Shown here: piece after piece, positions 26,063 to 38,853 of the stretch | Layout: the number at the start of each line of letters is the position of its first letter | Position numbering within the stretch: the stretch's first letter is position 1 | NCBI RefSeq assembly: GCF_018350175.1 | Contig: NC_058368.1 | Span: forward strand, 132,310,001-132,374,000 | DNA from: Felis catus | Lineage: Eukaryota | Direction: 5' to 3' | Length of the DNA: 64,000 bases | Notes under the pieces: generated by a model | Seen by the model: the letters and a program-made list of their open reading frames with translations, nothing else | Databases searched by the model: none | Told to the model about the DNA's origin: nothing | Position numbers and translations under genes: made by a program

Positions 26063-27119
26063 ACAAATTCTTTCATGCTAGGAAAATTATATATCCCTTA
26101 TGCCTAGACTGCAAATAATGCTATTTTGGCAAGTTTTAAAGTTAGCATTAGCAAAGTAAAAGAAAATTTTAGCACTAGTGTGAACATTTAAAATTCTCAT
26201 ATTTTCCCCCAAAATGATACTTTCTGCTATAAAATAGAAAGTTTATTCTTATTTCATTTCAGACCAATACTTGCTCTTCTCTTTGGCAATGAGTGTTTCA
26301 ACATCTTGAAAATGCATTTGAGCTTATTTTAATATTATTGACTCCTTTCATCAAATCTAAAAGGGGTTTAAACATAATCCACAAAATGCAAATAAATTTT
26401 GGAAGCATTGCTTAGTGGACTTCCATGCTGTAACATATTCAATTAAGGATAAGAGACTTTTAAGTAATCTTTAGGGAAAGCCACCTGCCAAACAATACAA
26501 TGTTCATGGTAAGAAAATTATCTTTGGGATTTGTAATTTCAAATCAAAATAAATCATCAACTTCAAAAAGAATGATTTTCTGTGTCAAATAGAAATGTTA
26601 ACATTGTGAAAAGCTTGTACCTATGAATCATTTAAAAATCATCCCAGGATATTTCAACTTGATCTAAGCCATAACTGGAAATTTTCAGAGCCAACTGTGA
26701 GCTACCTTCACAGTCTATTTTGAATTTAGAAAAACTGAAGTGCAGAAATCACATGAAGATATGATAAGGAGTCTGGTGTTCTGAACTCCTGTCCACTTGC
26801 CAAACACAGTTCACCATCTAAAAGCCAATCTCTCTGTGTTTGTTAAGGGGCATAGACATCCTCCATTTGACTGCAGGATATGGTTCTCACTCTTCAAATA
26901 TTGATGTGAAAGGCTCTTGGCTAAGTATAAGGACAATTTTTCCCTCGAGAAACTGCAGCTGTGAGAGTTGACCTCAGCCTTTTAAGACCAAAAGATTCTG
27001 TCTGGGAAAATGACTTACTGATTATCAGAGTTAGCCAGAATAAAAGGCCTCAGTCTTCAGAGATTGTTCACTCAATAACTGCTCTCTTTTAGTATTCTTA
27101 ATATATTATAAGGTACCGC

Positions 27120-27195
27120 CATGTTGCACAACTCCAGAGGATAACATTCACAGAGAATACAATGAGGGTATGCTCCCTGGAGTTTTGAAATTTAG
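27120..27195. mobile_element. MER91-like hAT MITE remnant (palindromic)
   Basis: GCACAACTCCAG...CATTCACA...AATGA...CTGGAGTT inverted arrangement. Confidence 0.5.
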
Positions 27196-27665
27196 CCCTG
27201 GGATTGCCATCATCAGTAAAGCTTTCTTGCTCCCTTGTTAAGTTCTTGCTTATGAAATCTGGACTTATTTTGATATAGTCTACTTATTGTAGATACATGC
27301 TGCCCAGATCAGATCACCTTACCAATTTACAGTTCTTACCAGCCTGATAAAGATCTGCGCTCTCATAACTAAACTTCAACACCTATTCCTGCCTTTTAAA
27401 AAGGGATTTTGCTTGCTGAAGGCAGAGACAGAGAATTCTGCTTAACTTCTATTGAAATAAAAACACTGACCATCCATGGTATATACATACCATAATGAAC
27501 TAGAAAAATCACTCACAGGGGTGAGGAGATCTACCATTTATTAATTATATGCATCAGATCACTCATCTACAGATTAGGGACAATAATATAACTGCCTTAA
27601 ACATTTCATAGTTATTATGATAATTACCAGAAAACATTCCAAAGTGCTCTATAAGCTGAAACCCA

Positions 27666-27866
27666 GGGGCGCCTGGGTGGCTCAGTCGGTTAAGTGGCCG
27701 ACTTTGGCTCAGGTCATGATTTCACGGTCCGTGAGATCGAGCCCCACGTCGGGCTCTGTGCAGACAGCTCAGAGCCTGGAGCCTGTTTCAGATTCTGTGT
27801 CTCCCTCTCTCTGGCCCTCCCCCGTTCATGCTCTGTCTCTCTCTGTCTCAAAAATAAATAAACGTT
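27666..27866 (+). mobile_element. CAN-SINE lacking a poly(A) tail
   Basis: Full body ending AATAAACGTT, directly followed by the TSD TAAGCTGAAACCCAG. Confidence 0.95.
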
Positions 27867-29389
27867 AAGCTGAAACCCAGTATGCAAAAATTAATTTGCA
27901 AATAGGTAAATTTTTAAAGGAGAAGTCTTTTCAATATCAACTGAACACAGCAATAAATACTAAATAAATTATCTGGAACAGAATTTCTAAGGGTCCATTT
28001 GTTTAAAGGACCATATTTAGCTTTTTTTAAATGTTTTTTTAAATATAATATTAGCTCAGATATGAATTAGAGAGGCATGCAATGTAATTTTTTTCTATAA
28101 GGTAAAATAAAGATTATTAGATTAAAATACACAACAGTGTCTTTGCCTGTTGTTTCATTTATGTACAGACTTTTTAGCAGTTTAGAGATTTAATACAATA
28201 CACCTACAGTTTCAGGGAATGAGCATTCCTATATAATCAAATGCTAGCAGATACATTTCTGGTTCTGTTTTTGAATTTATAGTTATTAAATAAAACCCAA
28301 AACATTACTTTTGATGCCATAGGCACAAAGTGATCAACTAAACTTAAAAAAAAAAAAAAAAAAACATTTGTTCCAGGTTTAAACCTGATCATTTTGTCAG
28401 ATCTCAGATAAACTTGCTTCTAAAACTAACCTGAAAAGAATGCAGCAAACCTGGTAAATGCAATTTCCTAAGGGACAAAGGGATACAAAACATTCAGGGT
28501 TACATAACAAGTAGAAATGAGGATTATTATGCTAAGAACCCTACATCAATGGGCTTGCTAATTGTAAAAAGTTTGGTAGGCCTTATAAAAGTACCATCTC
28601 TATCCTTTTCACTCTGAATATGTCTTAAAAATCACCAAAAAGGAGGAGAAAGAGGGAAAGAGAGAAGTAGAAAATGCTTAATATAAAAATTCTACCAAAA
28701 TCTACCAGTGATCCAGACCAAGAGTACATGAACCAAGAAGTTAGTCACAACACTCTGTCAGCTGAGAAAAATACTTCAACCACTACTGATTTTTTTGGCC
28801 TTGTGGATTTACACTCCAAAAACTATAACTCTGCTATGTAAAATGTGTGAAACTCTCTGCTATAGAAGATATGTGAGACTCACATATAACTAGTGTGTCC
28901 ATTATAGTCTACTTTCATCACAATCCATGCTCCTAAACGTTTCACCTTAATGATCCCATATTCTCACAAACTGTTCATGGATTTAAAGTGCAGATTATTC
29001 TCAGTGTTAAATCAGTAAAATCTAAATTCAAACCATCTGACTGCTGTTATTGCAGTCAATACAAATTCTAGAGGATAGCTCCTACCCCCAGACCCCCTAC
29101 CATGTCCAGTAGTAGAGCAACTCTATTCTTTAAATACTGTTGCTTCTGGATAACTTTCAGGGTAAAAAAAAGAGGAAAGAAAATAATTATAGAAGTCTAT
29201 CCAAAAGGCAAGGAAGGCATGGATAACAACCAAGACAGATTCTCTCCTTCCTACGCTTCCAGTCCAAGAAAAAGAAGGTGGGGGGGGGGTGCTTTTAATA
29301 TAGGCCAATTAATATAAGAGGCAGGCAGGACAAAGGAAAGGAAACTGATGTGTGGCATCAGAATCCTTCAAAATATTATAAAGATAATC

Positions 29390-30942
29390 ATGTACATGAG
29401 AACATTACTTCTAAAGATTCCACCAAAAAAACTATTAGAACCAATAAAGGAATTCACTAAAGTTGCAGGATAAAAAATATACAGAAATTGGGTGCTTTTC
29501 TACATGGTAATAATGAAGTAGCAGAAGGAGAAATTAAGAAAACAGTCTCATTTACAACAGCACCAGAAAGAATAAAATATCTAGTAATAAATTTAACCAA
29601 GGAAGTGAAAGACCTGTACTCTGAAAACTATAAGACAATAACAAAAGAAACTGAAGACAACAGAAACAAATGGAAAGATACACCATGCTCATAGAGTGGA
29701 AGAATTAATATCATTAAACTATCCATACTACTCAAACCCATCTACAGATTCAATGTAATTCCTATCAGAACAACAATAGCATTTTTCATGGAACTAGAAC
29801 AAATAATACCAGTTTGTATGGAACCACAAAAGACCTTGAATAGTGAAAACAATCTGGAAAAAGAACAAAGCTAGAGCCATCATAGTCCCAAATTTCAAGA
29901 TATATGACAAAACTACAGTAATCAAAACAGTATGGAACTGGCACCAAAACAGACACAAAGATCAAATAAATAGGAGAGAGCGCAAGAAATAAATTCACAT
30001 TCAGAGGAATTAACTTACGATAATGGAGGCAAAAATATGCAATGGGAAAAAACAGTCTCTTCAAAAAATGGTATTAGCAAAACTGGAGAGCTATGTGCAA
30101 ATGAATGAAACTGGACCACTTTCTTACATCAAATACAAAAATAAACTCAAAGCAGATTCAAGACCTAAATGTGAGACTTGAGGCCATAAAACTCCTAAAA
30201 GAAAACATAGGCAGTAATCTCTTGGACACTATCCTTAGCAATATATTTATGGATATGTTTCCTCAGGCAAAGGAAACAAAAGCAAAAATAAATGATTAGG
30301 ACTATGTCAAACTGAAAAACTTTGGCACAGCAAAGGAAACCATTGACAAAAAAATAAGAAACGGACTGAATCAGAAAATAAACTTGCAAATTAAATATCC
30401 AATAAGAGGTTAATATCCAAAGTACACAAAGAACTTAAACAATTTAATACCAAAACAACAAATAATCTGATTTAAAAATGGGGAGAGGACCTCAATACAC
30501 ATTTTTCCAAGAAGGACATATAGATGTCCAACAGAACCATAAAAAAATGCTCAACATCACTAATCACAGGGAAATACAAATCAAAACCACAGTGAGATAC
30601 CACCTCATATCAACCAGAATGGCTACTATCTCACTCAGATGTGAAATTTGAACAACTCAACAGATGAACATAAAGGAAGGGAAGGAAAAATAAGAAAAAA
30701 AACAGAGAGGGAAGCAAACCATAAGAGACTCTTAAATACAGAGAACAACCTGAGAGTTGCTCAGTGATAAGTCAGCAACTCTCAGGGGTGGTGGTGAGCT
30801 GAATGGGTAATGGCCATTAAGGAGGTCACTTTTCAGGAAGAACACTGGGTGTCATATGTAAGAGATGAATCACTGAGTTCTACTCCTAAAGCCAAGACTA
30901 TACTATATGTTAAATAACTTGAATATATATATATTTTAAAAA
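29390..30942 (+). mobile_element. 5'-truncated older carnivore L1 with internal deletion
   Basis: Decayed ORF2 C-terminal half ([28 protein letters not shown]); at ~30628 it jumps from ORF2 to the ORF2 end / 3'UTR; short A tail. Confidence 0.93.
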
Positions 30943-31074
30943 AGAATAATTACAGAATTATTACAGAGTTATTATAGGAAGGAAGAAGGAACTACAGGAA
31001 AGAAAGGAAATGGATCTAGAGATAAGTTGAAAGGAGAAACACAGCTATAAACTGGGTCTTTGAAAGCTGTATTA

Positions 31075-32097
31075 CTTTGGAGACAAGTTGACATGGCTTG
31101 AAGAAGTCAAACTGCTACTAAGTGCCTACTGCCTGTACCATTTGGTGTTGGAGTCTGATGACGTCCCAAGGCAGCTAGTACAGGTCCAACTGGTAGGGAA
31201 GATAGACTTTGCTCTTACAAAACTGGGCAGGTTCTGGAGGTAAGACAGCCTGGGTAGGCATTGTGTTTATCACAGGTTCCAAGGGACTAGGCTGATATAT
31301 TGCATCTACAGAATTGACAGTACTTTTAACCATCTTCAGCAACACAATGCAGTGTTTAACTGATTCCACCATGGTATTTGTTGTTTCTTCAAGAGTTTCA
31401 ATTTTCTTTCTCTGTCCACCTTTGCAGTTTTGAAGTTCGTCATCAAACCGTTTTAATTGTTAGGGGCACCTGTGTGGCTTGGTCAGTCAAGTGTCCGACT
31501 TTGGCTCAGGTCATGAACTCGCCATTCCGAGTTTGAGCCCCGTGTCAGGTTCTGTGCTGACAGCTCAAGAACCTGGAGCCTGTTTCAGATTCTGTGTCTC
31601 CCTCTTGTTCTCTACCCCTCCTCTCGCTCACTCACTCTCTCTCTCTCTCTCAAATAAAATAAACATTTAAAAAAATTAAAAGCTTTAATTGTTCTATCAA
31701 GATTTGTATATAATCATCCGCCTCTGTAAGTTTCTTATCAAAGTCTTGGACACTAGAAGCGAATCCTGAATCCAAACCCCCAGAGGGCAGTGGAAAGGAG
31801 GCAGGAGAGAGCAGCATTCTTACCCAGATCCCAGCCCAGCCAGGGCAGGCAGCAGAGACCCCGGGGACTAAGGGATGGGGGCTGACCTCTTTCCCAGACC
31901 CTCGGGGTATACTCATTCTGCAAGTGGCCATCAAGTAAGCCATTTGTCAACCCCTCCCCTACCACTGTCAACCCCCCTGTGACTCCAGGGAAGGGAGCTA
32001 CGGGCAGCTTCCAAGCACCCCTTTTTTCTCTCACAAGCCATACCCCCCACACTGTGGTGAAATCTGGAAAGCCAGGTTCAGCCAGTCTCTGGGGACT
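31075..32097 (-). pseudogene. OSBPL9: Processed pseudogene fragment of oxysterol-binding protein-like 9 (ORP9)
   Basis: Minus-strand translation [32 protein letters not shown][SINE][72 protein letters not shown] / [25 protein letters not shown] / [14 protein letters not shown] matches recalled ORP9 post-PH region. Intronless, frameshifted and SINE-interrupted. Confidence 0.93.
31463..31678 (+). mobile_element. CAN-SINE inserted into the OSBPL9 retrocopy
   Basis: Sense body; decayed TSD ending TTTAATTGTT on both sides. Confidence 0.92.
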
Positions 32098-32554
32098 TAA
32101 TCTAATTAGATATAAAATAAGGGTTATCCTAGAAGGATGAATGGTTAATGTATCCTTTCAGTTAATCCTTTCAAAAACTCTGAGTAGTTTTGCTAAGAAA
32201 TGTCATTTGTGCAGGTGTTCTGCATAGCTGATCAAACAAAGATCTATGTTATAAATACTAGGAAAAGCCTATGTCTTGTTATGAAAATTGAAGCCTGATG
32301 TAGTCTTGCGTAGTTAAAAAACCACTCACTTATGTAGCGATAACTGTATAAGTTCTTATAGGAAGAGCCAGAGTTTCCCTCCTTAGAAAGCATTTTTGTA
32401 TCTGTTCAAATAAAGTTATTTAATATCATATTTCCAGAATGCTGTTTTATTTTAATAATCTAATTCTACAATGAAGCTAATAACACTTTTAGTTTCTATC
32501 TTTGTTTTGTTTCTCTTAACTAAACAAATATCTACTTAAGCACTAAGAGGTGAC

Positions 32555-32668
32555 TTTTTTCTAAAGTTTAAATATTTAGGTAATCTCTACATCCAATGTG
32601 GGGTTTGAACTCAACGATTATGAGATCAAAAATTGCATGTTCCTCGAACTAAGCCAGACAGGCACCTC
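32555..32668 (-). mobile_element. Short/old CAN-SINE
   Basis: ATCTCTACATCCAATGTGGGGTTTGAACTC...AAGCCAGACAGGCACC; TSD AGGTGACTTTT. Confidence 0.8.
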
Positions 32669-33036
32669 AAGGTGACTTTTATACATATGGAATACTACTA
32701 TCACCAGCTGTGGCACAGTCATTTCATAATCTGAATTGACCTTAAACTATAAGATAATTAAAGCACTCAATTTTAAAAATAAGCTACCTTTCAAATCTGA
32801 AAATCCATTCTGATTATGCCAAAAGATGTATAAGTGGGATAAATTGTTATTTTATAGCCCATATGCTATAGTCTTACAAAGAGGTAGCTAGGGCAGGATA
32901 GGCCATGGACTCTATTATTCTAAATTAAGTAACAGGTGGAACCATAGGAAATTGTCTATTTGACCTACACAAATGGTAATTTCATTTGGTTCAATCTATG
33001 AAGTACAGAAATTCATAAAGAAAAACTTTTTTTTAA

Positions 33037-33039
<3 letters not shown>

Positions 33040-33072
<33 letters not shown>

Positions 33073-33085
33073 CATTATTATTATT
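33040..33085. repeat. (ATT)n microsatellite
   Basis: Directly visible trinucleotide run with one interruption. Confidence 0.95.
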
Positions 33086-33162
33086 TTGTTAAGGAAAATA
33101 TTTCTTATGTTCTTAGCCAGCTAAGCCATGAATCACTTTTACGCTTCATTTTTTAAAAATTA

Positions 33163-33297
33163 GGGGCGCCTGGGTGGCTCAGTCGGTTGAATGTCCAACT
33201 TAAGCTCAGATCATGATCTCGTGGTCCATGGGTTTGAGCCCCACATCGGGCTCTGTGCTGATAATTCAGAGCCTGAAGCTGCTTTGAATTCTGTGTC

Positions 33298-33347
<50 letters not shown>

Positions 33348-33390
33348 CCTCCCCCACTCATTCTCTCTCCCTCTCACTCTCTCTCTCAAT
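33163..33390 (+). mobile_element. CAN-SINE, tail lost, long (CT)n
   Basis: GGGGCGCCTGGGTGGCTCAGTCGG head. Confidence 0.92.
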
Positions 33391-34433
33391 TGCCACAAGA
33401 TAGCAATTCTAGAAATCATTTGAACCAGCAAAAGTGTAGAGTCACTCAGATTTCACAGTTGATAATAGAACTAACTTTTTAGGGAAATAAGGACTGCTTT
33501 TTACCAATATGTTCAAGGGAGAGTTTTGCATGGGAACCAAATGGTTCCTCTTCTAGGAAAAGGAACTAATATTCAAAGGTCAATGACCCTCATTTTTCAC
33601 TTAAAAAAGAATGAAAATTTGTGACTTGGGCACTGCAAGTACCCATATGTTCATATGCACTTAAGACAGTCTTACTTTCCAAATTATGTCAAATATTTGG
33701 TAGCTGACTTGACTGGTCCTCAAAACTTAACAGGCATAATTAATTAATTAATTAATTAATAGATAGAGGTGGTCTCTGTGAAAGACTTACAATATATAAA
33801 TATACCATAAACCAAGCCATATAAGCAGATTAAGCAGAAAGGGAACAGGCGTTAAGACAATAGCATTAATACAAGTTCTTATCCAGGACCTCTATGGAGA
33901 GAGTGACACAGACATTTACTACTCACCACCACCACCACCCCCCCACCCCGCCTTTTAAATTTCCTTTTATTACAGCAGGATCTCAATGCATTTGAGCACA
34001 TGCCATTACTCATATGCTCTGTGACCGATGCTTGCTTTGCTTACTTCATGACCCCAATATTCTTCCTAAGTCAGATGGCTGAGTTTGCCACTATATTCTG
34101 ATATCTGATATTCTTGAAAAGATAGGCAATGTAATTTTAGATGGCTAGATCAGATGAAAAGACATTGCTATCTTTATTCCCTAAAACCATATTCAGAGCA
34201 CACACTCCAAAGAGCTAACACTGCACAATCTAATGAGATTATTTGGTCTGTATGAAAATCCCATTTCAGAATGATGATAAGAGAATAAAAAAAAAAAAGT
34301 ATTCAGCAAACTACTCTCTCTGCTTTTGACTCCAACTGCCTATTTGTGTTTTATTTTTGTAAATTTTTCCAACAGAGAAAGTTTGAGGGAAGTGGATGGT
34401 TACGAAGAGAAATCAAAGAATGATATCAGCATT

Positions 34434-34896
34434 TGTATTAGTTTCCTGTGGCTGCCATAACAAAGTACCACAGACTTGGTGGCTTAAAACAACAGAAATG
34501 TATTGCCTCACATTCCTGGAGGGTAGAAATTTGAGATTAAGGTATTCGCAGGGCCATGCTTCCTATGAATCCTGTAGAGGAGAATCCTTTCCTGCCTTTT
34601 CTAGCCTCTGTTATTTGCTGGCAATCCTTGGGGTTCTTTAGCTTGTACACCGATTACTCCAATATCGGACTGTCACCACATGGCCATCTTCTTTCTGTGT
34701 GTCCCTGTCTCAGTGTCTCTCCTCCTCCTTACAAGGACACAAGTCATATTGGATTAAGGGCCCATGCTACTCCAGTATGACTTCATCTTAACTAAATTAC
34801 ATCTTCAATGCCACCATTTCCAAATAATGTCACATTCTGAGGTGTTGGGGATTAGGATTTCCCCTTTTTTGGGGATTCAATCAAACCCATATAGCA
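34434..34896 (-). mobile_element. Solo MaLR LTR (MLT1C-like)
   Basis: TGTATTAGTTTCCTGTGGCTGCCATAACAAAGTACCAC...GGCTTAAAACAACAGAAAT...CATATTGGATTAAGGGCCCA...TCACATTCTGAGGT. Confidence 0.88.
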
Positions 34897-35624
34897 TCTG
34901 ACAAATGGACATCTCAAATTATATGTAGAACTACTGTAACAAATATAAAATGCATTATTTTCTCCTACAAATTTTTCCATGTTATCATTATACTCCCACA
35001 CCTCTAGGATAATCTTTAGTCATTCTTCTCTATTTTTTTCTGATATTCACTTAATCATCAATTCTATCAATTTCTTTCAAGATGGCACTAATTCCATTTA
35101 GTCCCACAAGTCTGATTTGTTCCAACTGTCTCTGAATTGGCCTCCCTACTTACCAAGGTCTCCCCACTTAAACAGTCCATTCTATATATACAACTTTCTT
35201 CACGTCTCCCCTGTATGTATGTGAATTCCCTTAAAAAACACCAGGTTCATTCTCACCTCTTACCCTGGCTTATGAAGTTATACTCGTCTGAAGGGATTTT
35301 CATCTACTTTAAAAAAAAAAAAAGCAAACTTCAAAGCTTATCTCAAATTACCTCTTCCAAATAACCTTTCTTAAACTTAAGAATGCTCTGATTTCTTCCT
35401 CCTTTTAACTGCCACAGCACCATACTATACACTGTAGTCCCTGGTTATATATCATTTGCTTGTATCATTCATAGCTATTCCATACAGGTTAAGCTTATCT
35501 CTCTAAATATATTAAAAGCTCTTTAAAAACAAGGCCATGTTTCTTCTTTATTCCCCAGAAAGAGAAAAAAGTACATAGTGATGAACTTGTACATATAATG
35601 CTTAACAATAAAATAACCAGAGAT

Positions 35625-35838
35625 TTTTTTTATAAAATTTTTTTTAGTATATTCATTTTTTGAGAGAGAGAGAGGGAGAGAGCGGGGGGTGGGCAGAGAG
35701 AGAGAGAGAAAACCCCAAGCAGGCTCTGTACTGTCAGTGCAGAGCCCGATGAGGGGCTTAAACCCATGAACCATGAGATCATGACCTGGCCGAAGTCAAG
35801 AGTAGGACGCTTAACCAACTAAGCCACCTAGGCACCCC
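35625..35838 (-). mobile_element. CAN-SINE
   Basis: Antisense body; TSD AACCAGAGATTTT. Confidence 0.92.
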
Positions 35839-35879
35839 TACAACCAGAGATTTTAAAAAGAGATCTCAAAAGAATAAAA

Positions 35880-36940
35880 TAAAAAGCTTCTGCACAGTGA
35901 AGGAAAGAATCAACAAAAGTAAAAGGCAGCCTTTGCAATGGGAGAAGATATGTACAAATGACATATCTGATAAAGGATTAGTATCAAAAACCTATAAAGA
36001 ACTTATATAACTCAATACTCAAAAAACATCACTCCAGTTAAAAAATGGACAGAAGACATGAATAGACATTTTTCCAAAGAAGACATATATATATACAGAT
36101 GGCTAACAGACATATGAAAAGATGCTCAATATAACTCATCATCAGGGAAATGCAAATCAAAACCACAATGAAATACCATCTCACATCTGTCAGAATGGCT
36201 AAAATTAACAACACAGGAAATGCAAGATGTTGGCAAGGATGTGGAGAAAGGGGAACTCTCTTGAACTGTTTGTGGGAATGAAAACAGGTGCAGCCACTCT
36301 GGAAAACAGTGTGGAGGTTCCTCAAAAAGTTAAAAATGTACCCTACACGTATATTTTTATGTATATATTGCACTACAAGGTATTTACCCAAAATACAAAA
36401 ATACTTATTTGAAGGGATACATGCACCCCAATGTTTATAGCAGCATTGTCAACAATACCCAAATTATGGAAAGAGCCCAAGTGTTCAATGATTGATGAAT
36501 GGATAAAGAAAAGGTGGTATATATTATATACAATGGAATATTACTCAGTTATCAAAAAGAATGAACTCTTACCATTTGCAAAGACATGAAAGGAGCTAGA
36601 GAGTATTATGCTAAGTGAAATAAGTCAGAGAAAGACAAAGACTATATGATATCATTCATAAGTGAAATTTAAGAAACAAAACAAGTGAACATAGAGGGGA
36701 AAAAGAGAGAGGCAAACCATAAAACAGACTCTTAACAGAACAAACTGAGTGTTGCTGGAGGGGAGGAGGGCAGGGGGATGGATTAAATGGGTGATGGGTA
36801 GTAAGGAGGGCAATTGTGATGAGCACGGCATGTATGTAAGTGATGAATCAATAAATTCTACACCTGAAACTAATATTACGCTGCATGTTAACTAACTAGA
36901 ATTTAAATAAAAATGTGAAACTAAAAAAAAAAAACCCAAA
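35880..36940 (+). mobile_element. 5'-truncated carnivore L1 (ORF2 end + 3'UTR)
   Basis: AGCTTCTGCACAG...GAATAGACATTTTTCCAAAGAAGACAT...CCCAATGTTTATAGCAGCA...3'UTR and A tail. Confidence 0.93.
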
Positions 36941-37239
36941 AGAATAAATTATAGTAACATCACCTTAATATAAAATCAAGTCCCCAATATCTGTTTTTTT
37001 TTAATAGCATTTTTTTTCCTGATTATAACATATATATGTTCATTAGGAATATTTAGATAATACAATTATTAAAAAAACAAAACCAATTCACCAAATAATC
37101 ACTACAGATATTCCTTCTAGTCCTCATTTCAGCCTATGTAAGGGTAAATGAAAATTATTTTCTCTATTTATAAAGGGCAAAGTGACTATATTCTCCTACC
37201 CATTTGGTAGAGTATTTCCTTGAAAACAGAGTGAATCTA

Positions 37240-37441
37240 GGGGTGCCTGGGTGACTCAGTCTGTTGAGCACCTGACCTTGGCTTAGGCCATGATCTCATG
37301 GTTCATGAGTTTGAGCCTTGCATCAGGCTTGCTGCTGTCACACAGAGCCTGCTTTGGATCCTCTGTCCTGCTCTCTCTCTATCCCTCCCCTACTCACACT
37401 CTCTCTCTCTCTCTCAAAAATAAACAAACATTAAAAAAAAA
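37240..37441 (+). mobile_element. CAN-SINE
   Basis: GGGGTGCCTGGGTG head through A tail. Confidence 0.92.
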
Positions 37442-37443
37442 GA

Positions 37444-37676
37444 GGGGCGCCTCTTTAATGTTTTAACAAACATTAAAAAAAGAGGGGGCTCAGTCGGTTG
37501 AGCATCCAACTTTGGCTCAGGTCAGGATCTCACAGCTCGTGGGTTCAAGCCCTGCGTTGGGCTCTGTGCTGACAGATCAGAGCCTGGAGCCTGCTTTGGA
37601 TTCTGTGTCTCCCTCTCTCTCTCTGCCCCTCACCCACTTGCATTCTGTCTCTGTCTCTCTCAAAAATAAATAAACA
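37444..37676 (+). mobile_element. CAN-SINE with rearranged head
   Basis: GGGGCGCCT + insert + GGCTCAGTCGGTTGAGC and a full body. Confidence 0.88.
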
Positions 37677-37823
<147 letters not shown>

Positions 37824-38445
37824 AACACAGCAAGTCAAAATTCATATTCTAACCTTGGGGATACAGATAATCCTGTCTTTACCCCCGTTTTTACAGCAGA
37901 AAAATATATGCAAGGATGCAAGCCAAATAACCTCTAGATATGTAAACATGTACTACTGAATCAGCTCAGGGCTCTCATGAGATGCACACAGACTGTCTCT
38001 AGGTGATTAGAGACATTAATGTTCTTTCCTCCTCTTTGCTATGTAAATTGTGTGAAATGTTATCTAATTTTGTAGTCTCCAGCAGGCTAGCTATATGCAG
38101 ATATTGTACTATGCTTACCTAATAACAAACCGGTTTTGTTTTCTAAATTCTTGTGCAAAGAACTCTTTTAGTTGATAGAACTCATTTCCCCAACACCTGA
38201 TGAATGAATAGTAGTGCCCCACCCCTGTCCAAGTACCCCCCATACACATAGTTAGATGTATGTATCTTTGAAATAAAAATGGGATCACACACAAGTGTGT
38301 TTGTCCGTGTGTATTTATATACTTAATTATACATAATTAGTACATGTGTACAATAAATATATACTACATACAACACTTACCTTTTCACTTAAGATTAAAT
38401 CATGAGGATTTTTTACATTTACTTTTTTGAATTCCTATGCTATTC

Positions 38446-38637
38446 AGCAGTGTGCTGGAGTCAGCTCTTAGTGGCTCATGAGAATCAATAATGTACATCT
38501 CTTCCCAACTCCAAGTTCAGTGACTTCATGTGGGGAGCTTGAAATAAGCCACTGCCGAGTATTTACGCCATGAAAATATTAGCTATGAATCAGACTTTTT
38601 TTTTCCTACAGAGAGCTGTTTACCAGGCACACACTGA
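38446..38637. mobile_element. MER53-like hAT non-autonomous DNA transposon
   Basis: Terminal inverted similarity CAGCAGTGTGCTGG ... CCAGGCACACACTG, ~190 bp. Confidence 0.65.
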
Positions 38638-38684
38638 TCATATGACACAAGGACTGCACCTTGGTGTTTTTTGTTTGGTTTTCC

Positions 38685-38853
38685 TTTTTTAAATATTTAT
38701 TTAGAGAGAGAGAGCACATGAACAGGGTAGGGGTAGACAGAGAGAGAAAATCCCAAGCAGTCTCTGAGCTGTCAGAGGAGCTTGATCCCATGAACCATGA
38801 GATCATGACCTGAGCCAAAATCAAGAGTAGGACCCTCAACCAGATGAGCCACC
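38685..38853 (-). mobile_element. CAN-SINE (internally shortened)
   Basis: Antisense body CCATGAGATCATGACCTGAGCC. Confidence 0.88.

Noticed and set aside
33737..33760. (TTAA)n palindromic run
   Set aside because: Short simple repeat with no associated element.
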